A stretch of DNA of 64,000 bases, taken from positions 1-64,000 of the forward strand of contig JABCTZ010000019.1 in NCBI GenBank assembly GCA_018238155.1, read 5' to 3'. The number at the start of each line of letters is the position of its first letter. The stretch's first letter is position 1. This DNA is from Candidatus Heimdallarchaeota archaeon (GTDB taxonomy: Archaea; Asgardarchaeota; Heimdallarchaeia; JABLTI01). Position numbers and translations under genes: made by a program. The notes beneath the pieces were generated by a model. The model was not told the DNA's origin and did no database searches. It saw only the letters and a list, made by a program, of their open reading frames with translations. Below are positions 19,467 through 28,561 of the stretch, one piece after another.

Positions 19467-19542
19467 TCGTAGAGTACGTTCAACTCAATGATCGAGAAAG
19501 TAAAAAACATAACTGGGTAAAAAATAGCAAATAGAAGCTATT
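19380..19542 (+). ncRNA. Putative structured ncRNA overlapping the 3' end of the RAMP-HD gene (copy 2)
   Basis: Covarying stems shared with 5433-5595, continuing 76 nt past the stop codon. Confidence 0.6.
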
Positions 19543-19554
19543 AGAAAGTAAAAT

Positions 19555-19699
19555 TGGCGCCCCGAACGGGATTCGAACCCGTTTATGGTGCTTGATTTTT
19601 TTTCAAGCTTGTCCATCGGGCTCTGCAGCCAAAAGCTTGCAGTGCACATTTCTTGGCTTTGACAGCCGAAGATGATGAGCCGTACTACACTATCAGGGC
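19555..19699 (-). tRNA. tRNA-Asp(GUC) with two BHB introns (37/38: 19621-19659; 48/49: 19583-19610); CCA encoded
   Basis: Acceptor stem GCCCUGA/UCGGGGC-G-CCA, CU-GUC-A loop, T arm ACGGG-UUCGAAU-CCCGU after splicing; both inserts form bulge-helix-bulge motifs. Confidence 0.9.
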
Positions 19700-19772
19700 G
19701 TAATTACTTTTTTTCTGTTCTTTTTTCCTTTTTAATCTTTTCTAAGCTTATGTTTTTGATGTTTGTTTGTTT

Positions 19773-21089
19773 TTAAAATATCTTAATTTCTACTATGTGT
19801 TCTATTGGATATTTATCTGTGTAGTTTCCCGGGTCGATAATATATTCTACTCCTGGGAACCATACTAATTCTGACCAGTAATTCCCTTGATCGGTTTCTT
19901 CATCAAACCATTTTGTAAATCCTACAAAATCAGAACAATTACCTTCTACCCTTGCTTGTGAGTGGATTTCTGTGATGTTATTATAGTTATTGTCTATGAA
20001 ATTATTATTCCATATTGTTGCATTTACTGCTTCCGTTTCTATTCCGTATTGTTCATTGTGCTCTAATATGTTGAAATTGATAGCTGTAATATTTGAACAT
20101 CGTAAAGACATTCCTATAGTATTATCAAAGCAACTATTATTTGTTATAGTACAGAGATCATTCATTAACATTGCAATACCATATTCTCTATTAGATTTGA
20201 AAGCATTGCTTTGACAACAGCTGTTTTTGCTTCTAACCATCAACAACCCAAAATTGCTTCCCGTACAATTGTTTCCAATTATTGTACAGTTGTTTGAATA
20301 ATATACACCTATCCCCCGAAAAGAATTATTAGTTATATTATTGTTTAGTAACCTAATATTTACGCAATCCAAAATACCGATACCATAGTTCCCATTTTCT
20401 ATGGTATTATTTTCCACAATTACATTTGAAGCTGTAAGAATGTCGATATCCTCTGAACCAGTATTTGTGAAATAATTATTCTGAACAGTTACATTATCTA
20501 CCTGACTTAAGGTTATTCCGTAATCACAACTTTGGAAAATATTTCCTTCTACTCTCGAATTATTACTCATATATAATTCAACCCCTCCATCATTATAATT
20601 TCTGTAAAATCTATTGCTTGTAATATTTACAGTTCCAAAACGTACCTCAATTCCTTGCCGGTAATTTCTATCGAAAGAATTATTTGTAATTAGGCATTTC
20701 TCGAGATAACTGATAGAGATTCCAATATCTCCTCCAATTAAATTATTTTTAATAACTATAGTTCCATCTGCAGTGATATTTGATAGTTTTATTCCACATG
20801 ACAGCCTACAATTTTGAATGATAAAATGCTTTGTTACTCCACTAATTTTGATACCATATAGGACTCCTTGCAAGGTATATCCCTCTATAATGTATGGTTC
20901 TTCCTTTGTGCCTTTCCCTGGAAAGTTATATTTCCAGTAGAAATCTGAATCTCTCTTAATCTCTATTATCTCGATATCTTTTCTTAGATTAATCCATCTA
21001 CCCAAGAAAATTCCTGAAATTGTTACAGAACAAACTAATACAACAATTAGAATTACTTTTACTGATTTTTTTAAGTCTCTGAATCCCAC
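19773..21089 (-). CDS. Membrane-anchored right-handed parallel beta-helix (NosD/CASH-like) protein, paralogue 1
   Basis: N-terminal TM, G.GT.E.PYII, many GI.l....N..I..N repeats, GNYWS. Confidence 0.85.
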   Translation of the reverse strand: MGFRDLKKSVKVILIVVLVCSVTISGIFLGRWINLRKDIEIIEIKRDSDFYWKYNFPGKGTKEEPYIIEGYTLQGVLYGIKISGVTKHFIIQNCRLSCGIKLSNITADGTIVIKNNLIGGDIGISISYLEKCLITNNSFDRNYRQGIEVRFGTVNITSNRFYRNYNDGGVELYMSNNSRVEGNIFQSCDYGITLSQVDNVTVQNNYFTNTGSEDIDILTASNVIVENNTIENGNYGIGILDCVNIRLLNNNITNNSFRGIGVYYSNNCTIIGNNCTGSNFGLLMVRSKNSCCQSNAFKSNREYGIAMLMNDLCTITNNSCFDNTIGMSLRCSNITAINFNILEHNEQYGIETEAVNATIWNNNFIDNNYNNITEIHSQARVEGNCSDFVGFTKWFDEETDQGNYWSELVWFPGVEYIIDPGNYTDKYPIEHIVEIKIF

Positions 21090-21338
21090 TCTGAATTCCT
21101 CTTCGATTGTTTGGTAATTGTAGTATTTATACCTTTCAGTTTTGAAAAATAATGATTGTATAAATCATTTGACATATTTCTTTATGAAAACAGTTTTCTT
21201 TACATTATATTTTGATCATTACTATTTTGATTTAAGAAATCTTCTTATTTTTGTAATCGATTGTTTATGTACCTTTTTTCGGGGGGATGATAATTTGAAT
21301 AAAAGGTTTTCACTGTTTTTTGTTTTCTTTTTCTTGCT

Positions 21339-22652
21339 TTATATTTTGATTGTCACTGGTTCTTCTAGGGGATAGTTATCTGTGTAATTTCCTGGATCGA
21401 TAATATATTCCATTCCTGAGAACCATACTATATCCGACCAGTAATTCCCTTGATCGTTTTCTTCATCAAACCATTGTGGGTATCCAACATAATCAGTACA
21501 GTTTCCCGCTACTTTAGCTTGTGCTTGTATTGATGGTATGTTATTGTAGTTATTATCTATAAAATTATTATTCCAGATAGTTGTGTTTACTCCTTGTGTC
21601 ACCATTCCATATTCCAAATTATGTTCGAATACATTGAAGCTAATTCTTGGTATCCTTGAACAATATAGTTCCATCCCAAGTGTATTGTTATAGTATGAAT
21701 TATTATTTATCTCTGTAGAGTAACTTAACCAAACATAAAGTCCACTAACATTATTCGAAATAAGATTATTGTTGGAAAAGAGGCTATCTGAAATTCCATA
21801 AGCAGAAATTCCGTAATAAACATTTTTAGAACAATTATTTTCCTTAATTAAGCCATTGTTTGTGTAACTAATTAATAACCCAGAACCATTCTCTGTTAAA
21901 TTATTTCCCACAATATTGACATTTTGACTATAAACAATAGCAACACCTAAACCACAATTTATTACTGTGTTATTATCAAATTGGATATTCTTTATATATT
22001 GCATTTGTGCACCCCATCTTGTACAGTTTATGAGATAATTTTTCTCTATAGATATTAGTTCAGAATCCAAAATTGTAAATCCATCTTCGCAAGAATCGAA
22101 GGTATTTTTCTTTATGCTTGTATTATAATTATCTAGTACATGTATTCCATCTCCTTGATTTTTGAGAAAAGTATTTGAAGTAATTTCCAAGCTACCAGTA
22201 GATGTTGCTTCTATTCCTCTGCCATTTTTGAAGAATTTATTACCACTTATTAGGCAATTGCTACTTATTCTTATAATAACCCCATAGTCATTACTTTGTA
22301 TAGTATTGTTTACTATTTTTGCAATACCATTTGATAATCCTCTTAAATCAATACCCTTATTGGAGTTTCGTAAAACACAATTTTGAATGACAAAATGTTT
22401 TGTTATATCATAGATTTTGATATTGTGAAACCTATTACCAGATAATTCATAGCCATCAATAATAAACGGATCTTCTTCTGTTCCTTTTCCAGGAAAGTGA
22501 TATTTTCGAGAAAAATCCTTATCCTCATATATTTCTATCACATTTATTGGTCGAAACCATACACCTAAGAAAATTGCAGTTCCAGTTATTGTTACAACTA
22601 ATCCAATTATTACTATTGTAAGAACTTTGTTGTTTATTTTCTTCAATTCCAA
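21339..22652 (-). CDS. Parallel beta-helix (NosD/CASH-like) protein, paralogue 2
   Basis: Same architecture; GNYWSD...IDPGNYTD.YPL. Confidence 0.85.
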   Translation of the reverse strand: MELKKINNKVLTIVIIGLVVTITGTAIFLGVWFRPINVIEIYEDKDFSRKYHFPGKGTEEDPFIIDGYELSGNRFHNIKIYDITKHFVIQNCVLRNSNKGIDLRGLSNGIAKIVNNTIQSNDYGVIIRISSNCLISGNKFFKNGRGIEATSTGSLEITSNTFLKNQGDGIHVLDNYNTSIKKNTFDSCEDGFTILDSELISIEKNYLINCTRWGAQMQYIKNIQFDNNTVINCGLGVAIVYSQNVNIVGNNLTENGSGLLISYTNNGLIKENNCSKNVYYGISAYGISDSLFSNNNLISNNVSGLYVWLSYSTEINNNSYYNNTLGMELYCSRIPRISFNVFEHNLEYGMVTQGVNTTIWNNNFIDNNYNNIPSIQAQAKVAGNCTDYVGYPQWFDEENDQGNYWSDIVWFSGMEYIIDPGNYTDNYPLEEPVTIKI

Positions 22653-22916
22653 TTTCTCACCATTTTGTTATATGTAGCACTATAAATACCATTTCAGATT
22701 TTACATTGAGTAATTCTAATGTTTTTTTTGTTTCTTATAGGTTAAGTGAATTTCTGTAAATTCTCTCTACATTTCTAGGATTTGTTTTAAGATGCCTTTT
22801 TCCTTTCTTTTCCAACTGAATTTTCTTAATCATTAATTCATTCTAGTCTTAGTGAAAGGGAAATTTGAGTGCCTGCTAGAAAATATTATATTAAGCAATT
22901 AATTACTCACATTAAA

Positions 22917-23159
22917 GATTTTTCTTTTGACAGTGATCTTGATTCAATATTTGCTACTTCTCGTGCTCTTTAATCCTTAGAGCGGTATAGAGAGGACATT
23001 CCTGAGTTGCTTTCTCTTTCAATGAAGCTTTTGAAGGATTTTTATCTCCAAGAGAATGAAATTACTTTTCCAGTCAATCTTAGAATGACTGATGAAAGAT
23101 AAATAGCTATTTCTGAAGTTTACTGGAATGCTCTCCATGCCATACATTTTCACGATTGA
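22917..23159 (+). pseudogene. Possible decayed gene remnant
   Basis: Frame reads DFSFDSDLDSIFATSRAL*SLERYREDIPELL...DER*IAISEVYWNALHAIHFHD*, protein-like but with stops. Confidence 0.3.
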
Positions 23160-23191
23160 TCTGTTCCCTCTCATATTGCTTTTTTCTTGCT

Positions 23192-24538
23192 TTAGAGATT
23201 GATTGTCACTGGTTCTTCTAGTGGGTAGCTATCAGTATAATTTCCTGGGTCGATAGTATACTCCACTCCTGTATACCATACTAACTCCGACCAGTAATTT
23301 CCCCTTCCCATTACTTCATTATGCCACTTTGTGTGTTCTTCATAATATGTTCCATCAAATGAGCAATTTCCATTACTTCTTGCTTGTGAATGTATTGTTG
23401 TAATGTTGATGTAATTATTGTCTATGAAATTATTATTATAAATGGTAGTATTTACTCCTTGAGTTACTATACCATATTCTAAATTGCGTTGAATAATATT
23501 ACAATTAATTTGAGTAATATTTGAACAAAATAATTCCATTCCTAGACCATTATCAACAAAGCTATTATTGTTTATTGAAGAGATATCACTTGCCCACATT
23601 GATATTCCACTTTTATTATTTCCATTAAAGAAATTGTTACAACAATTACTATTGGTTAACCAATATATCCTGATACCAAAATCACTATTTCCTGATCCAT
23701 TATTTCCCGTAATTAAGCATTTGTTTATGGTTTCTAAATAAAAACCGTTACCTCTATTGTCCACTGAAGTATTATTTACTAAGTCTATATTTTGACTTTG
23801 ACATATTCCGAATCCTAAACTACAATTTGTTGCTGAATTATTACCTATAATTATATTCATTACTTCTTCTGCATAAAATCCTAATATGCAGTTTGTAAAA
23901 TTGTTTCTTTTTGTTAGAATATTTTCCGAACGATAAATTACTAATCCACTATTAAAAGAGTCAAAGGTATTGTCTTCTATTCTTGTATTATTGTTATCCG
24001 AAAAATTCATCCCTTCAATCCAAGCAATGTGGTCATACTTGTTATTGATAAGGATATTTGATTGTATTGTATAACTACCTGTTCCCGCTTCTATTGCTTG
24101 ATGGTTATTGATGAAAGTGTTATTACTGATGATACAATTATTATATCCTCTAATAATAATTCCAAAATCATTATCTCTTATAGTGTTGCTTAGTATTTGT
24201 GCAACTCCATAAGTTAAGTTAACTAAATCCATACCTTTGCTGGATTTTTCCAAAATACAATTTTGAATGATGAAGTATTTTGTTATGCCTACAATTCTGA
24301 TGTTATGATGAGAATTTCCTGATAACTCGTAACCGTCAATAATATAGGGGTCATCCTCTGTTCCACTGCCTGGAAAATGATATTTTTGTGAGAAGTCCTT
24401 ATCATCAAAAATTTCTATTTGTTCTATTGTTCTAAACCGCCAGCCAAAGAAAATCGCTGTCCCAATTGTTGACACGACTATCGCTATGATTATTACTGCT
24501 TGAACTTCACTACTTAGTTTTCTAAATCTCACTTTCAA
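23192..24538 (-). CDS. Parallel beta-helix (NosD/CASH-like) protein, paralogue 3
   Basis: Same architecture and conserved C-terminus. Confidence 0.85.
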   Translation of the reverse strand: MKVRFRKLSSEVQAVIIIAIVVSTIGTAIFFGWRFRTIEQIEIFDDKDFSQKYHFPGSGTEDDPYIIDGYELSGNSHHNIRIVGITKYFIIQNCILEKSSKGMDLVNLTYGVAQILSNTIRDNDFGIIIRGYNNCIISNNTFINNHQAIEAGTGSYTIQSNILINNKYDHIAWIEGMNFSDNNNTRIEDNTFDSFNSGLVIYRSENILTKRNNFTNCILGFYAEEVMNIIIGNNSATNCSLGFGICQSQNIDLVNNTSVDNRGNGFYLETINKCLITGNNGSGNSDFGIRIYWLTNSNCCNNFFNGNNKSGISMWASDISSINNNSFVDNGLGMELFCSNITQINCNIIQRNLEYGIVTQGVNTTIYNNNFIDNNYINITTIHSQARSNGNCSFDGTYYEEHTKWHNEVMGRGNYWSELVWYTGVEYTIDPGNYTDSYPLEEPVTINL

Positions 24539-24648
24539 ATCCCTAATACATTATCTTTTACTATATACTAAATATCTTTTCCATCTTTTCTAAAGAATAT
24601 ATTCATGCTTTTTTTGTTTTCTTCTTCATTATTACTGTTATTTGCTAC

Positions 24649-25087
24649 TCAACCAGATAGACAAAAACTTGTCGTTGGAACTTGAGGATAACCCATTGAA
24701 ATGTGGCAAACATCTATACGGTAAACAGGATCTCTCATAAAAGTCACAAATCGATTTGCTGTTGGGATTGTTGTTGAATATATCCTTAGTTCTCCTTCAA
24801 CACAAACAATGATTTCCTCTCTCCAATCACCAAAAACATCTGCCCAAGCAATACCATCATTTGGTAAGGATGCTATTTTCTGATCCGAAATCAAATATTG
24901 TCTTATCGTGTATTAATTCTCTTTGCAAATCTGCATCCCAATAAGCAGCAAATAATGTATAACCAAAGTCGTATTCTTGTTCTGTTGCGATGACTGAACC
25001 ATTTGCTGCATGTATTCTTCGGTAAGGCGCTTTTTTATCTCCCGAATATCCTTCCATGCCAGGGTACCGAGAGTCAAAATCTGACAC
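24649..25087 (-). pseudogene. Frameshifted C-terminal fragment of a PL11 rhamnogalacturonan lyase-like protein
   Basis: DFDSRYPGME, WDADLQREL, DVFGDWREEII...LRIYSTTIP...MRDPVYR...GY.Q.P..SF, split over two frames. Confidence 0.7.
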
Positions 25088-25151
25088 TAATCCTTGACCA
25101 TGAATATGATTTAGCAGGTGTTTTCTCTTCTTTTTTTTTGAATAGTTATTT

Positions 25152-25682
25152 TTAGCCTTTGAATCTTCTATTGAGATTTTCCAAATTTCTCTCTTCTTTC
25201 GTTTCTTTGTGATTGTTTATCTGAATAATTTCTTCAATGGTCTCTCCAATAATTTCGTCATTTTCTAATAGAAACCCTTCATCTTCTTCTGTTGGTCGAA
25301 CTATTGACACATTATCGTTTTCCTTGAAATGTAATTTTGATAAATTTTCTTCCTCTTTGTTTTTCTCCTTTGAATTCTTCTTATAATTATTTTTGGTTTT
25401 CCGTCTAATGTAGATGATCCCTATTACACCACTTATTATCACTGCCAAAACTACAACTATGATGAGCATTATTTTTCCTATTCGTATTAGCTCAGAAATA
25501 TCATTTACACCAAAATATAATGGTATAAGCATTATCCCTGCAAAAACCAAGAAAACGATGAACCCTAGGTCTGAGCTTTGATTATTCTTCATTTCTCTCA
25601 CCTTAGAATGATTGATGAAGTGATTTAAAGACCGCTTTTTTTTTGATAAATACGCGTCCTCTAAATAACTCACTAGAAACAT
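25152..25682 (-). CDS. Hypothetical 2-TM membrane protein
   Basis: Two TM helices and a charged tail; the true start is probably MKNNQ. Confidence 0.55.
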   Translation of the reverse strand: MFLVSYLEDAYLSKKKRSLNHFINHSKVREMKNNQSSDLGFIVFLVFAGIMLIPLYFGVNDISELIRIGKIMLIIVVVLAVIISGVIGIIYIRRKTKNNYKKNSKEKNKEEENLSKLHFKENDNVSIVRPTEEDEGFLLENDEIIGETIEEIIQINNHKETKEERNLENLNRRFKG

Positions 25683-25795
25683 TTTAGTGAAAAATCTAAA
25701 AAGGGATAGACTAAATTATAAGTTAGTTAATTTCATTTCTACTAAAAAATGGGATTATTATAAGATCATACTTCCTAGACTGAAGAGGCGAATAA

Positions 25796-28558
25796 ATGTC
25801 AAAAGAACAATCTTCCTTGGATTCATTTTTTGGTGTAAAGGCCAAAAAAGAAGCGAAAGTGGAAAAGAAGAGAAAGAAATTTTCCGAAAAAGAAAAGAAA
25901 CAACCTAACAGTTCTACAAGAAATAATCAGGGACCTGCTTCAAAAAAAGTTATTGTTGATTTAGAGGAAGAGGATGATATCTCTGAATTTGAGAAAAAGG
26001 GTGTTGATGTGGAGGTTATCCATGAGGGTGCCCCTGTAGAATACTGTCCGAAAAATTCTCCCCCTAGTTGCCTTTTCCAGTCTATTTATGAAGGAAAAAG
26101 CGCCAAAGGATTTCTCTCCTTACTTGACGAGCAATCCAATCGATTAATTGGCTATTACGATAGTACTGGTCATAAACCCTATTTGCTTACAGATTTAACC
26201 GTGGAACAACTACAACAAATTTCTTCTGTTAAGAATTTTAGGAAGATTATCGCTTACAAGAAAGTGCAATTGAAAAATCTCCTTACTGATAAAGATGTAA
26301 ATATGACTAAAATAGTCGTTACAGATCCTTTAGCCATTGGTGGTAGATATGATAGTCTCCGAGAAAAATTACCCGCTGCCTGGGAAGCAAATATTCGTTA
26401 TCACAAAAATTACTTGTATGATTTGAAGCTTTACCCGGGAATGTTTTATCAATTAAAAGATGGTCATCTGAAACCTGCTGTTCAGAAGCTAGACAAAAAA
26501 GTAGAAGCTCAAATTAAAGAATTATTCAAAGATTCTCCCAAAGAAGTACAGGATCTTATTCCTATTTATTTGCCCTTGTTTTTGACTCGAGTCCCCCATA
26601 TCAAGCGCGCAGCAATTGATATTGAAGTTTTCACTAAAAACATGGATCGAATTGCTGACCCTGCAAAAGCTCTTGAAAAAGTGATTTCAATTTCATTAGT
26701 AGGTAATGATGGAGCTAAATTTGTCCTTGTTTTACAACGTGATGACGTTCCTCGTGGCACTCGCCCAAAGGAGCTTGCTGCTGATGTTAAAGTAGAATTC
26801 TTTGACGATGAAAAAGAGCTTCTCTTGAAAACTTTTGCATTAATGAAAGATTATCCAGTTATTATAACCTTCAATGGTGATAATTTTGATTTACCATATC
26901 TTCGGAATCGAGCGAATCGTTTGAAAATAGACTCTCGAGATAATCCTTTAATTGAAAACAGAGATTACTATTCCATTCGGAATGCCATTCATTTTGATGC
27001 TTACAAATTCTTCAATCAAGCGGCAATCAAAGTTTATGCTTATGGTGGTAAGTATAATGTTAGTTCTTTAAATGCTATCACTTCTGCTTTGCTTAAAGAT
27101 CACAAAGTAGAATTAGATAAAGACATAGGTCTGTTAAATTGCTATGAACTTGCTTACTATAATTATTGGGATAGTAAAATCACTCTGGAATTGACTACTT
27201 TTAATGACAACCTTACTATGCGATTAATAATTATGTTAATGCGTATAACTGGTATGCCCTTTGAGGATATAACAAGACAAGCAGTTTCTACTTGGATACG
27301 AAGTTGGTTATTCTCAGAGCATCGTCATAGAAATTATCTTATTCCTCGTCCTGAAGAGATTATTGGCTCCCGAGGGGATTCAACTACAAGCGCGATGATC
27401 AAAGGAAAGAAATACAAAGGAGCCATTGTTGTTTCTCCTTCTCCAGGTATTCATTTTGATGTTACCGTTTTAGATTTTGCAAGCCTCTATCCAAGCATAA
27501 TTAAAATTTGGAATCTCTCTTATGAGACAATGAATTGTACGCACGAAAGTTGCCAAAAGAATAAGAAAATGATACCTGACACTGATCATTGGGTCTGTAC
27601 TAAAAATAAAGGGCTTATGTCTATTTTAATAGGCTTTATTAGAGATATTCGAGTTGATTGGTTTAAACCCAAAACCAAAGATAAATCACTTGATCAAAAC
27701 ACCAGAGACTTTTACAATGTTATTCAAGCTGCGTTAAAAGTCGTTATTAATGCTTCTTATGGTGTTTTTGGTGCTGCTCATTTTCCATTCTATTGTCCGC
27801 CTTTAGCTGAAGCAACGACAGCAATAGGTAGAAAAGCTATTACAGATACGATTGAGAAATGTGAAGAAATGGGCATTCCAGTTATCTATGGTGATACTGA
27901 TTCGGTTTTTCTAAAAAGCCCCACAAAAGCTCAAATAAAAGAACTCATCAAATGGAGTGATGATCATCTAAAAATTGACCTTGATGTCGAAAAAAACTAT
28001 CGATACTTGGCATTATCTGATAGAAAGAAAAACTATCTTGGTGTGTATCACGATGGAAAAGTTGATGTCAAAGGATTATTGGGCAAAAAACGAAATACTC
28101 CTACATTCCTCAAAGATGTGTTTAATGATGTCGTTCAAATTTTAAGTGAAATAAAAGTTGAAGAAGATATCGTGGATGCGCGAAAGAAAATTGAAGAGCG
28201 AGTACAACAATGTTATAAAGACCTCAAAAACAGAAAATTACCTATTGAAGATCTTGTATTTCGAGTACAGTTAAACAAAGCTCTCGCACAATATATTAAA
28301 ACTACACCTCAACATGTTAAAGCCGCTCGAATATTGTTGGAAACAACTGGTAAAGAGTTGGGTGCAGGTGATTTGATATCTTTTGTGAAAACATCAAGTG
28401 GAATTGGTGTTAAACCCTTAGAACTAGCAAAAATTTCTGATATCGATATCGATAAATATTTAGCTCAAATGGAATCAACTCTAAAACAAGTTTTGGAACC
28501 AGTTGGTGTTTCCTTTGAAAAAATAATTGGTATTAGGTCTCTTGATGATTTCTTTTGA
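25796..28558 (+). CDS. polB: Family B DNA polymerase (PolB1-like)
   Basis: DIE and FNGDNFD exonuclease motifs, DFASLYPSII, K...NASYG, YGDTDS. Confidence 0.95.
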   Translation: MSKEQSSLDSFFGVKAKKEAKVEKKRKKFSEKEKKQPNSSTRNNQGPASKKVIVDLEEEDDISEFEKKGVDVEVIHEGAPVEYCPKNSPPSCLFQSIYEGKSAKGFLSLLDEQSNRLIGYYDSTGHKPYLLTDLTVEQLQQISSVKNFRKIIAYKKVQLKNLLTDKDVNMTKIVVTDPLAIGGRYDSLREKLPAAWEANIRYHKNYLYDLKLYPGMFYQLKDGHLKPAVQKLDKKVEAQIKELFKDSPKEVQDLIPIYLPLFLTRVPHIKRAAIDIEVFTKNMDRIADPAKALEKVISISLVGNDGAKFVLVLQRDDVPRGTRPKELAADVKVEFFDDEKELLLKTFALMKDYPVIITFNGDNFDLPYLRNRANRLKIDSRDNPLIENRDYYSIRNAIHFDAYKFFNQAAIKVYAYGGKYNVSSLNAITSALLKDHKVELDKDIGLLNCYELAYYNYWDSKITLELTTFNDNLTMRLIIMLMRITGMPFEDITRQAVSTWIRSWLFSEHRHRNYLIPRPEEIIGSRGDSTTSAMIKGKKYKGAIVVSPSPGIHFDVTVLDFASLYPSIIKIWNLSYETMNCTHESCQKNKKMIPDTDHWVCTKNKGLMSILIGFIRDIRVDWFKPKTKDKSLDQNTRDFYNVIQAALKVVINASYGVFGAAHFPFYCPPLAEATTAIGRKAITDTIEKCEEMGIPVIYGDTDSVFLKSPTKAQIKELIKWSDDHLKIDLDVEKNYRYLALSDRKKNYLGVYHDGKVDVKGLLGKKRNTPTFLKDVFNDVVQILSEIKVEEDIVDARKKIEERVQQCYKDLKNRKLPIEDLVFRVQLNKALAQYIKTTPQHVKAARILLETTGKELGAGDLISFVKTSSGIGVKPLELAKISDIDIDKYLAQMESTLKQVLEPVGVSFEKIIGIRSLDDFF

Positions 28559-28561
28559 GCT

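Noticed and set aside
1-19554. attL/attR duplicate of the tRNA-Asp 3' end
   Set aside because: No convincing second copy of tggcgccccgaacggg found by eye and no tyrosine integrase in the window, so the island boundary is undefined.
19773-24538. Diversity-generating retroelement acting on the beta-helix paralogues
   Set aside because: No reverse transcriptase and no TR/VR pair with adenine-specific differences.
25796-28558. PolB as the polymerase of a casposon containing the Cas1
   Set aside because: It is a cellular PolB1-like enzyme among housekeeping genes, 12 kb away and across the tRNA.
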